A stretch of 64,000 bases of DNA, taken from a virus. The position numbers and the translations under genes were made by a program. Of this stretch, positions 55,109 through 63,410 are shown one piece after another. The stretch lies in the IMG/VR virus record IMGVR_UViG_3300034072_001395, positions 32,571 to 96,570 of that record; one strand, written 5' to 3'. Under the pieces are notes generated by a model. That model was given only the letters and a program-made list of their open reading frames with translations. It was not told where the DNA came from and searched no databases. Numbering within the stretch: position 1 is the first letter of the stretch; each line of letters opens with the position of its first letter.

Positions 55109-57595
55109 TCAGACGATCGCGCAGGCTCCGCCGGCGCAGGCGAACGTGCCGTGCCCCTCGGAGATGCCCGTCTCGTACTGCGCCAGCATCGACCAGTCAA
55201 CGTCCGGCAGCTCCGCCGCCAGCTCGTTGTACCGGGCCTCGTCGATCTCCTCGTAGGGCGCGCCGTAGTAGACGTGATCGTCGTAGGGGAAGAAGGACAG
55301 GCCGCCGGCGTTCTCGATGTTCTGGAACACCCACTCGCCGACCTCCGCCCACTCGCTCTCGCGGACGTTGATCGTGGCCGACTGGTTGTGGCCCTTGTAG
55401 GCCAGCCAGGAACGGTTCAAGAGCGAGATGCGCTCCAGGGTGTCCAGGGCCGTCTCGTCCTTCCGGCACAGCGACCCCTCGGGCGCCTTCATCGGCAGCT
55501 CGAAGGTCCAGCCCGTGACATCCTCCTCGGGGAGGCCGACCTCGGCCTGGCGGGTCGGGATGCACCGGACACCGTGCGCGCGGAGGACGGCGCAGACGGG
55601 CGACTGCGAGGACACCTGCACGCGCCGGATGTAGTAGGGCGCGTGGTGCGCGTGGACGCCCGACGCGGTGCCGAGGAACACCGACGAGTTGCCGTCGGGC
55701 TTGCCGCAGGTGATCCCCGCGGCCGGTGCGATGCCGAAGATGCGCGCCCACCGGGCGTTGACGTTGTCCGCCGTGAAGCCCAGGATCGCCAGGACTTCCT
55801 CGTTCTGCGCGACCTGCGGGCACTCGACCTGGTTGGAGAGCCCGACGCCGAGCAGGGCATCCTCGCGGGTCAGCCGGATGGTGCCCTCACGGAGCAGCGG
55901 GAAGTTGGTGAGGCACGCCTGCATGGTGCCGATGAAGGTGGCGAGGTTGACCTTGCGAAAGGCCGTGTCCTCGTCATCGGAGGGGCGGAGAACCACGCTG
56001 GTGAGATTGCATACTTGCCCGCCGCCACCATCCCAGGTGCCGTTCGCCAGCTCGGAGGCGAGGCCGATCTCCACGCAGTTGTGGACGTAGAAGCCGTTGG
56101 CGTCGAAGGCGTGGACGCCCGGGATCGTGCAGTCGTAGACGGGCTCCTCGCCGTCAGGCACCAGGGCGCTGAACGTGGTGAGGCGCGGCCGGTCGGCGCG
56201 GAGGCTCATGCGCAGCTTGTCGCCCGCGCGAAGGTCGCCGGCCTCGACCTCCTCGTACTCGCCCGGCTTGCCCGTCGCGCGGAACATGACGTGGTTCGCC
56301 GTGAGGCGCACGCAGAAGCCCTCGACCGTCTCCAGGCGGAACACCGGCGCGAGGGCGTGCGTCTGCCAGAAGCCCCCAGCGGTCGAAGGATGCACCTGCT
56401 CATCCACGACGGCGGTGAACTGGCGGCCGATGAGGTGCTTGACCGGGAGCCCCACGAAGGTGCCGTGCGTGCCGTCGAACACGCGCACGATCGTGTCGCC
56501 CGTGACGCAGGGGTTCGCGCGGATCAGCCGCCCACGGTAGTCGAAGCGCGCCGGGCTGAAGATGCCCCGCTCGCCGGCACCGGAACGATGCAGGATGTCC
56601 CACTCCGCCATGAACTGCTCCCTCGTCAGGCCCGTCTTGACGACCCACGAGTTGTTGGCCTGGGAGAACTCCTCGGGCACGTCACCGTTCGGGTAGAACT
56701 TCGCCCAGCGCAGCTTGTCGTCGTCGCGGTCGCTGAACGAGATCATCGCCGAGCGGCGCACGCCGCCCACCTGCACGATGCTGCCGGCCGTGCAGAGCAG
56801 GGTGTGGCACTCCAGCGTGGTGAGCCGCCGACCCTCCCGCCCAGCCCGCTGGATGGTCGTGCGCAGGGCGTCGAGGTACTTGCGCAGGGGCTCGGGGCCG
56901 CTGGCCTCACCGCCCTTGGTGAGCAGCTTCGCGCCCTTCGGCCGGATCTGCGAGTAGTCGAAGGTCACGTTGGCGCCCGAGTACCACGCCGCCACGCCGT
57001 CGTAGACGGCGCGCATCCAGCCCTCGGTGCTGTCCTCGATGACGTGCGTGGACGAGGACAGGTCCTCGGAGGACGGAGGCGCCGGGATCGGCATGGCGTC
57101 GACGAACTCGCTCTCGACGGAGAAGCCGACGCCGGTGCCGTGCATGAGGATGTAGAGGGCCTCGGCGAACACCACCGGGGTGTCGCACACGGAGAAGTAG
57201 CAGTTGTAGGCCGCGATGTCCGAGCGGTCGAGCACGTCGCCGGCCGCCCACAGGGCGCGCATCGAGGGCATGACGTGGCGCAGGAACACGGCCTCCGTCG
57301 CCATCGCGTGCTGGATGTCGAAGGCGACGCGATGGAGGGCCGCGCGCCCGCCGGTCGCCGTCTCGTTGATCTGCTTGTGCATCCGGTAGCGCATGTAGGC
57401 GCTCCACCGGATGACCGTCTCGCGCCACGTCTCGCGGTGACCGTCGTGCTTCACCTTCGCGTAGGTGCGAAGCCGGACGATCTCGGACGCGAGGCGCGCA
57501 CCAGGGGTCAGGCCCTCCAGCGCGTCGTTGTCGTTGTGCGAGGCGAGGACCTTCGAGGCCCACTCGACGTGGGCCTCTCTCTGCTGGTGCCACAT
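55109..57595 (-). CDS. nrdJ: class II (B12-dependent) ribonucleotide reductase, intein-containing
   Basis: RTYA...ETW, PSMRALW, YNC, GTGVGF, GG.ASGP.PL, GGVRRSA, NPC.EI (split by intein), CNL, KP.G, HNQS.T, C-terminal CAGGAC. Confidence 0.93.
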   Translation of the reverse strand: MWHQQREAHVEWASKVLASHNDNDALEGLTPGARLASEIVRLRTYAKVKHDGHRETWRETVIRWSAYMRYRMHKQINETATGGRAALHRVAFDIQHAMATEAVFLRHVMPSMRALWAAGDVLDRSDIAAYNCYFSVCDTPVVFAEALYILMHGTGVGFSVESEFVDAMPIPAPPSSEDLSSSTHVIEDSTEGWMRAVYDGVAAWYSGANVTFDYSQIRPKGAKLLTKGGEASGPEPLRKYLDALRTTIQRAGREGRRLTTLECHTLLCTAGSIVQVGGVRRSAMISFSDRDDDKLRWAKFYPNGDVPEEFSQANNSWVVKTGLTREQFMAEWDILHRSGAGERGIFSPARFDYRGRLIRANPCVTGDTIVRVFDGTHGTFVGLPVKHLIGRQFTAVVDEQVHPSTAGGFWQTHALAPVFRLETVEGFCVRLTANHVMFRATGKPGEYEEVEAGDLRAGDKLRMSLRADRPRLTTFSALVPDGEEPVYDCTIPGVHAFDANGFYVHNCVEIGLASELANGTWDGGGGQVCNLTSVVLRPSDDEDTAFRKVNLATFIGTMQACLTNFPLLREGTIRLTREDALLGVGLSNQVECPQVAQNEEVLAILGFTADNVNARWARIFGIAPAAGITCGKPDGNSSVFLGTASGVHAHHAPYYIRRVQVSSQSPVCAVLRAHGVRCIPTRQAEVGLPEEDVTGWTFELPMKAPEGSLCRKDETALDTLERISLLNRSWLAYKGHNQSATINVRESEWAEVGEWVFQNIENAGGLSFFPYDDHVYYGAPYEEIDEARYNELAAELPDVDWSMLAQYETGISEGHGTFACAGGACAIV
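56078..56509 (-). mobile_element. 144-aa mini-intein in nrdJ
   Basis: NP|CVTGDT...LTANH...VYDCT....HAF.ANG..VHN|CVEI; no homing endonuclease. Confidence 0.93.
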
Positions 57596-57628
57596 GGGCG
57601 ATCTCCGTGGTGGGTCTGTAGCGGCCGG

Positions 57629-57832
57629 TCAGTAGCGGCCCGAGTTCTCTACCCTGCGCAGCGCGACACGCCAAGGGGCGAAGTGCCGGTAGAGTTCCTG
57701 CGCGGCGAGGCGCATGTCCGCGCGCCGTTCGACGGCCAGGTCGAGCGCCTCGCGCTCCGTCAAGATCGTGTCGGCTTCGTCAGCGTCGATCAGCCGAAGG
57801 GGCGGCGCGACCGCGGGACTACCTGGGGGCAT
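57629..57832 (-). CDS. hypothetical protein
   Basis: Short ORF overlapping upstream gene. Confidence 0.45.
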   Translation of the reverse strand: MPPGSPAVAPPLRLIDADEADTILTEREALDLAVERRADMRLAAQELYRHFAPWRVALRRVENSGRY

Positions 57833-58151
57833 CGGAGATCCCCCGGCTGATCCGCGCGAGCATGTCGAGCACCTTGTCCATGTTCGGCTGCGTGGCGAGG
57901 AGCGCGCGGATGTCCGCCTTCATGGCGGCGATGTCCTGCTCCGCGAGCCGGAGGTGGTCGCGGGCGCGGTCCACGTCTTCCTCCAGGCGCTTGATGGTCG
58001 CGCGCAGGGCCTCGATGTCCTTGTTGTCGGCGCCCGCCGCCTGCTGGTTCTGGACCAACTTCCAGATGATCTGGAGGAGCGCGGTCACCATGACGCCGCC
58101 GGCCGCACCCATGCCCGCGTCACCGACGATGGGCACGAGGTTGTCGGCCAT
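57819..58151 (-). CDS. membrane-anchored coiled-coil protein (possible lysis accessory)
   Basis: GGAGG RBS; hydrophobic N-terminus then heptad repeats. Confidence 0.55.
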   Translation of the reverse strand: MADNLVPIVGDAGMGAAGGVMVTALLQIIWKLVQNQQAAGADNKDIEALRATIKRLEEDVDRARDHLRLAEQDIAAMKADIRALLATQPNMDKVLDMLARISRGISDAPR

Positions 58152-58165
58152 CTCAGCACCTCCAG

Positions 58166-58423
58166 CTACTTGACGATCTTGTTGACCGGCTTGGCGGCCC
58201 ACGTCTTGCAGGCCCAATAGCGCGCCTTGTTCGGCGGCCCCGGGTCGTCGCAGCCGTGCCGGGACCGGAAGTTCTTGCGCCGATCGGGGTCGTCGCGCCG
58301 GATCTCCATGTTCGGATCACCGAACCGGACGGTGTACGGCTTGCCCTCGTACTCGCCCTTGACGACGAACTTCTTGTCGCCGTACCCAGGCTCCCCCGGG
58401 CGGATGCGTCGCGGCGTCGGCAT
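58166..58423 (-). CDS. conserved basic phage protein
   Basis: KKFVV....VRFGDPNM.I.RDDP.RRK.FR.RH.CD.PGP..KARYW.CK.W motif, recalled from aquatic phages. Confidence 0.8.
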   Translation of the reverse strand: MPTPRRIRPGEPGYGDKKFVVKGEYEGKPYTVRFGDPNMEIRRDDPDRRKNFRSRHGCDDPGPPNKARYWACKTWAAKPVNKIVK

Positions 58424-58541
58424 GCGGCCCCCTGAAGCCCGAACCTATCACGCCGGAGGGCCTCCCGCAAGGACGGAGCGACGGCCGATTGGCATAGGGG
58501 CGTCTACGCTGGCGAGGCGAGCGGAATATCCGGTAGGGGTA

Positions 58542-58706
58542 AGTAGAACTGGGTGGAAAGGGCGCCGTAGGCGCGTGTGTCGTTGAGAACGCCGTATCCA
58601 TCAACGATCGCACCAACGGGCGGCAAAGCCGGTAGGATCTATAGCCGCGGTGGGTGAGGAGCGTGGATCAGTCGAGTGGTGAGATCGTTGACCGATACTG
58701 GATCGT
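58542..58706 (-). repeat. dispersed GATC-rich intergenic element, locus 4
   Basis: Exact 24-mer on minus strand at 58675-58698, variant on plus strand at 58585-58615; block homologous to 7535-7710 in inverted orientation. Confidence 0.95.
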
Positions 58707-58758
58707 AGACGATCGCCAACAAGCCGTATGGCCTGGCCCGTATTCTTGCAGAAGTTGC

Positions 58759-58794
58759 TTGCGCCTCCAGAGCGCCCGGGGTACTTGTTGTTCA
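58759..58794 (+). promoter_or_regulatory. sigma70-like promoter, TACTTG class
   Basis: TTGCGC-N17-TACTTG-TTGTTCA. Confidence 0.65.
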
Positions 58795-58966
58795 GCCAGG
58801 GCGTAGGACACTCTCACGCATGCCGCAGGTGCTCGCTGATCCTCCCACCGCGCGGCCGTCCGCCTCACCGCGAAGTCCGTGACCGGATGATGACTAAGCT
58901 GGTGATCTTGCATTGACGCCGGCACGTCGGACAGATACATCAACGACGCACACTCTGGAGACTTCG

Positions 58967-59194
58967 ATGACGCCCATCTACACTGACATCACCGCGCGTG
59001 CCGACGCCTTCGTCGGTCACCTCGACAAGCTCTGCCCCACGGGGCCCATCGACGACGACATGCTCACACGGGCCATCTCGGACGCGCTGCACGCCGGCGT
59101 CCTGCCCGCCCCCGACAGCCCCGGGCACTGGGAGGTGCTGGCGGCCATCGGGCAGCGCATCGCCTCCAGGCTGGCCCCCGGCGCCCTCGGGTAG
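58967..59194 (+). CDS. hypothetical protein
   Basis: TGGAG RBS. Confidence 0.6.
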   Translation: MTPIYTDITARADAFVGHLDKLCPTGPIDDDMLTRAISDALHAGVLPAPDSPGHWEVLAAIGQRIASRLAPGALG

Positions 59195-59232
59195 CCTCGC
59201 CCCCGCTCACAGTGACGCAAGGAGAACACCCG

Positions 59233-60033
59233 ATGAAGCTCACCGCCGAACAGCTCAATGACATCGCCGCATGCGGCGACCGCGTGAACGTCTCCAACAA
59301 GGACAGAGGACCACCCATCGCCCAGCGTGGCGGCGCTCGTGTGGAGTTCCATGCGGCTCTGCCCGACGGCGGCGCCGTCCTGAGTCTGCTCGACGAGACG
59401 CTCGGCGCTCCTGACACCTGGCGTGATGCCGCCTGCGCTTCCTGGGCGGAGGCCGTCGAGGCTGCGCGTGCGTGCCTTGCCACCGGACGGACCTGCGCCT
59501 ACGGACCCGGCATCGGGCTCCACGCCATGCTTCCGCAGTCCGCGCAGTCTCCGGTCCACGAGTCCTGGGAGACGATCGCACACGCCGTCGATGGCGCCGG
59601 CGACAGCACCGATCCGCTCAACCTCGACGCCGACTACCAGCGGCCGCGAGCGTGGACGGAGGCGCAGCAGAGCGCCTTCGTCGGCTGGGCGATGACCGGC
59701 GGCGAGGTCCCCGTGGTCTACTGCCGGCGCATCGCGTGGGACCAGCCCACCGAAGTCGTCGACGGGAAGCAGCGGATCATCGCCATCCACGCCTTCGTGC
59801 GCGGCAAGATCCCCGCCACGTTCACGCACAACGGGCGCGAGCGCACCGTCTGGTGGCGCGACCTCGATGAGATCGACCGCCGCAGCATGTCGCTGGACCT
59901 GCGCGTGAGCTACAACAACTGGACGCGGAAGCAGGCGCTCGACTTCTACATCCGCCTCAACAGCGCCGGCACGCCCCACGCCCCCGAGGAGATCGACCGC
60001 GTGCGCCGCCTCCTCTTCGCCGAGCAGGAGTAG
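59233..60033 (+). CDS. DUF262 domain protein with N-terminal extension
   Basis: DADYQRPRAW, VVDGKQR, FYIRLNSAGTPH...EI. Confidence 0.85.
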   Translation: MKLTAEQLNDIAACGDRVNVSNKDRGPPIAQRGGARVEFHAALPDGGAVLSLLDETLGAPDTWRDAACASWAEAVEAARACLATGRTCAYGPGIGLHAMLPQSAQSPVHESWETIAHAVDGAGDSTDPLNLDADYQRPRAWTEAQQSAFVGWAMTGGEVPVVYCRRIAWDQPTEVVDGKQRIIAIHAFVRGKIPATFTHNGRERTVWWRDLDEIDRRSMSLDLRVSYNNWTRKQALDFYIRLNSAGTPHAPEEIDRVRRLLFAEQE

Positions 60034-60119
60034 CCCGTGGCGCCAGCGGGACTGCTGAGGGGGTGCGCCGTGCGCCTGCGCGGCAGTCTGGTGTGGAACG
60101 ACTTCAACGCTCTGGAGGA

Positions 60120-60377
60120 ATGATGCAGTATGTCTATTGCAGGGACGATTACCCGGGCTACCCGGAGCTGATCGAAGATGACCGCAGGAAGGAACAACTG
60201 CGGCGGATCGAGGAGAAGCTGGCCCGCGCCGAGCACGCCCACATGATGCGTCGGGACTACCCGCGGCAGGCTGAGGATCTGCGCGATGTGTTCGATGAGA
60301 CGGACAAGCTGCGGCAAGAACTCGCCAAGGCCCAGCGCGAACTCGCCGAGCTGCGGCGCCAAGTGGCCGCGCGATGA
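60120..60377 (+). CDS. coiled-coil hypothetical protein
   Basis: GGAGG RBS; flanked by a ~21-bp direct repeat. Confidence 0.65.
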   Translation: MMQYVYCRDDYPGYPELIEDDRRKEQLRRIEEKLARAEHAHMMRRDYPRQAEDLRDVFDETDKLRQELAKAQRELAELRRQVAAR

Positions 60378-60410
60378 GCGTCGCCAGCCTCGTCGAACAG
60401 GAGTAGCCCC

Positions 60411-60770
60411 GTGGCACGCCCGCTTCTACCCGTGCGGGTAATCCCGCTCGGTGATGATCCGCATTCGTCGACCAACTGGGACGAGATCGTCGTCCGCGGT
60501 CACTTCCCGCCCGACAGTCCGCACATGGCCGAGGCCATCAAGGCGATCGCCGAGTTCTTGTACGAGGAGCGCCCCGACGTGTTCGACGAGGAGGACGGCG
60601 AAACGCCCGTCGTCAAGTTCGGCCGCATCGCTATGGCGCGCTGGCAGTTCTGCGGTTACGCTGAGCACTGGCGCGAACTCCAGATGTTCTCGTGCGCCAA
60701 CCCTCCGGCCAACTCCTTCCCCATCACCGTGTTCGACGTGGACACCGCAGCACCCTCCGAGGAGCCATGA
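60411..60770 (+). CDS. hypothetical protein
   Basis: AGGAG RBS, GTG start. Confidence 0.65.
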   Translation: MARPLLPVRVIPLGDDPHSSTNWDEIVVRGHFPPDSPHMAEAIKAIAEFLYEERPDVFDEEDGETPVVKFGRIAMARWQFCGYAEHWRELQMFSCANPPANSFPITVFDVDTAAPSEEP

Positions 60771-61090
60771 TGGATAATGTCGTCCTGCCGCCTGGCGTAC
60801 TGCGAGCTGCGGACGAACTGCCAGCCGATGTGCGGAACGCAATCGTGCGGTGCCTGGACCAGTGCGAGGCGGCTTGCGACGTGTTCGACGCATCTGACCG
60901 CTGTTATCTGGACAGGCAGCGCAAGGAACTCGCGCACAACGCCGCCTACGCAGAGATCCTCGCGCTACGAAACAAAGCAGGCGGCGAGTTGGCGCGATAC
61001 GCTCTGGACTTCACTCTCTCGCTCATCGCCATGACGGGCTTTCCTCCCCCTCCAAAGGAGCTTCACGATGACGACCCCCGACGGTCTTGA
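60767..61090 (+). CDS. hypothetical protein
   Basis: GAGGAG RBS. Confidence 0.55.
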   Translation: MMDNVVLPPGVLRAADELPADVRNAIVRCLDQCEAACDVFDASDRCYLDRQRKELAHNAAYAEILALRNKAGGELARYALDFTLSLIAMTGFPPPPKELHDDDPRRS

Positions 61091-61628
61091 CCCCGAACTT
61101 CTCAGCGCCCTCGACAGCCGCCTCGTCGTCAGCGCCCTGAAGAGCGAGAACGCCGCCTTGCGAGAGGAGCTTGCCGAGGCCCGCGCGCTGGCCGCCAACA
61201 TGGAGCGCGCCTTCGAGGCCGTCCGCAAGCCACTGCGCGACCTCGCCCGCCGCCTCTGTGCCGCTATCGGCTACGGCGCGGGCGCCGAGCCCGAAGGTGC
61301 CGAGGCCGTGGCGTGGCTCGACTCCGAGCTGGAGCGCCAGCGTGTGCGCGGCGCCGATCTGGAGGAGGCCCTGATGTCGGCGCGCGCCGAGGTCGAAGCC
61401 CTCCGCGCCACGCGCCCGGACCCGGACGGCAAGCACTGGCGCGCCTGGCTCACGCTGGACAGCATCGCCAACGACATCCTGACGGCCGGCTGCATGGGCG
61501 CGGCGGAGGACCTGATCGCGCGCTACCCTGACGACGAACTGCGGGCGCGCCAGCTCGTCCAGGCGCTCCTCAAGCGGCAGGATGATGTCGGCGCCCTGCA
61601 CGCCCATGCCGAGGACGCCGTCGTCTGA
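61068..61628 (+). CDS. coiled-coil hypothetical protein
   Basis: AAGGAG RBS. Confidence 0.65.
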   Translation: MTTPDGLDPELLSALDSRLVVSALKSENAALREELAEARALAANMERAFEAVRKPLRDLARRLCAAIGYGAGAEPEGAEAVAWLDSELERQRVRGADLEEALMSARAEVEALRATRPDPDGKHWRAWLTLDSIANDILTAGCMGAAEDLIARYPDDELRARQLVQALLKRQDDVGALHAHAEDAVV

Positions 61629-61636
61629 TCGCCCGT

Positions 61637-62251
61637 CTACACCTTCAGGTGCTTGCGCACGCCGTCGGCCAGGGCGCGCCCCACGCGGGCGAGCCCTTCG
61701 GGCGTGGCGAGGACCGCCGCCACGCTCGGGTTGTCGACGAAGAAGGGCTCGAAGCAGATCCCGCTGACGTTGCCGGGCCCGGCGTAGATGCCCTCGATGG
61801 TCCCCTTGGCGCGTGGGTAGCCCTGCTCCCAGGACGCGGCCTTGACGGAGCGCAGCTCGGGCAGTCCGGCCTTCAGGCCGTCGGCCACCGCCACCGCCAG
61901 GGCCTTGCCTCCGGCGCTCCGCGGGTCGTGGATGACGAGCCCGTGGCTGCCGCCGCCAGCGTTCAGGTGGCAGGCGACGTAGACGACGCCCGACCGCGGA
62001 CGCGCCCGCGCGACGGCGTTGGCCTGGCGGTGCCGGTCGGCGTAGCTGCCGGCCTCGATGATCAGGGTGTCGATGCCGGCGGCGTTCAGTGCCTCCGCCG
62101 CGGCCGCGATGTAGACGGGCGTGAGGTTGGCCTCCGCCTCGTGCGCCTCGCGGAGCCCGTCGCCGTCGAGGTCGGCGACCGCCCCGAGGTCCTGGCGGCC
62201 GGGCTTGCCGTAGTGCTGCCGGTCGAAGATCACCAGATGGCGGACGGTCAT
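61637..62251 (-). CDS. N-acetylmuramoyl-L-alanine amidase (Amidase_3), probable endolysin
   Basis: IFDRQH, EANL, R...AN, VACHLNAGGG..G, ICFEPFFVDN; GGAGG RBS. Confidence 0.85.
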   Translation of the reverse strand: MTVRHLVIFDRQHYGKPGRQDLGAVADLDGDGLREAHEAEANLTPVYIAAAAEALNAAGIDTLIIEAGSYADRHRQANAVARARPRSGVVYVACHLNAGGGSHGLVIHDPRSAGGKALAVAVADGLKAGLPELRSVKAASWEQGYPRAKGTIEGIYAGPGNVSGICFEPFFVDNPSVAAVLATPEGLARVGRALADGVRKHLKV

Positions 62252-62261
62252 CTTGGCCTCC

Positions 62262-63134
62262 CTACCCGCGCGCTGCGCGGAGAAGCCGCAGCATCCGTGC
62301 GGCGTGCTTGACGTTGAGGTGGACGGTGATCCGGGCATCCTCGGGCGCGTCCGGGTCGATGATGATCACCGCGGCCTGGCCGTAGCGGTTCTCGGGGAGG
62401 TTGAGCGCCACGCCGTAGTCGTCGGCGCGCTTGTAGGAGCCGACCTGCACGCAGTGGGCCAGCGTGCCGTTCGGGCGCTCGATCCGCGCGTAGCCGTGCG
62501 TGTGCGTGTGCCCGGCGGTGAGCACGTCCGCCGGCCAGCCGCCGAGCTGCGCCGCCTTCTGGACGCCGTGCGTGACGTTCCAGACGGACCGCCCGGGGAA
62601 GCTGTGCCGGACGTGGACGCGCACGGGCGCGCTCCATCCAGGGCCCGTGAGCCGCAGCTTCGCGTCCTCGTACCGGATGCGCTGCACGCCGGACTGCTTG
62701 CCGATCAGGTCCACGATCGGGCCTCGGCGCCCCCAGGCGTCGTGGTTGCCGAGCATCCAGAGGAGCCACTTGCCCTTGAGCCGCTGGCCGTACAGTTCGA
62801 GCAGACGCCAGCCGTCGTCGGCGGTGCCCTCGTTGCTCGCGTAGAGGTCCGCCAGACGGCCGATCCAGTTGTCGGTCATGTCGCCGAGCGAGATGCCATA
62901 CATGCCCTCCGTCTCGGCCACGGTGTCGAGATCCTCCAGCAGCGAGTTGATGTCGCAGCCGTCGTTGTCGAGGTGCGGGTCACCGCCGATGTAGATCCCG
63001 ATGGGACCGCGCACGGGGACGTGGACTTCTTCGCCGTCGCTCGGCGTCTGCCGTGCCAACTTGCGCTTGAAGGCGTCGGTGCGCCGTGCCAGGAGTGCCT
63101 CGATGGGCTCCGCGGTGTCTTTCGGGTCGCTCAT
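62262..63134 (-). CDS. calcineurin-like metallophosphoesterase
   Basis: GDPH, LGD..DN, GNHD, RH, GHTH. Confidence 0.9.
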   Translation of the reverse strand: MSDPKDTAEPIEALLARRTDAFKRKLARQTPSDGEEVHVPVRGPIGIYIGGDPHLDNDGCDINSLLEDLDTVAETEGMYGISLGDMTDNWIGRLADLYASNEGTADDGWRLLELYGQRLKGKWLLWMLGNHDAWGRRGPIVDLIGKQSGVQRIRYEDAKLRLTGPGWSAPVRVHVRHSFPGRSVWNVTHGVQKAAQLGGWPADVLTAGHTHTHGYARIERPNGTLAHCVQVGSYKRADDYGVALNLPENRYGQAAVIIIDPDAPEDARITVHLNVKHAARMLRLLRAARG

Positions 63135-63177
63135 CGAGCGTCTCCTTTGTGATGTCGCCACTCTACCGAAGCGGGGC

Positions 63178-63402
63178 TTAGGATCCAAGCCCTACGGCGA
63201 CGGCGGCACTGATGAGGTCGGCGGCGACCGTGTGCGCGGAGGACGCGAGCGTCAGGGTGCCAGGCGGCGACACGCCTGCATTGATGCGCGCACGCGCCTC
63301 CGTGGCGGCGGCCTCGATGCTCGCTGCGTCGAGGTAGACATCGAAGCGGTGAACGCGCTGGCCGTCGGAGGTCTCGGCTTCGCCGATGTAGCGTGCGGAC
63401 AT
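63178..63402 (-). CDS. hypothetical protein
   Basis: AGGAG RBS. Confidence 0.6.
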   Translation of the reverse strand: MSARYIGEAETSDGQRVHRFDVYLDAASIEAAATEARARINAGVSPPGTLTLASSAHTVAADLISAAVAVGLGS

Positions 63403-63410
63403 GGGGGCTC

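Noticed and set aside
7535-58706. Repeat family as a CRISPR array
   Set aside because: Only 2-3 copies per locus, mixed orientation, no regular spacers and no cas operon
50104-63134. SMC-like ATPase plus metallophosphoesterase as an SbcCD/Mre11-Rad50 pair
   Set aside because: About 10 kb apart on opposite strands; the phosphoesterase lies in the late/lysis block
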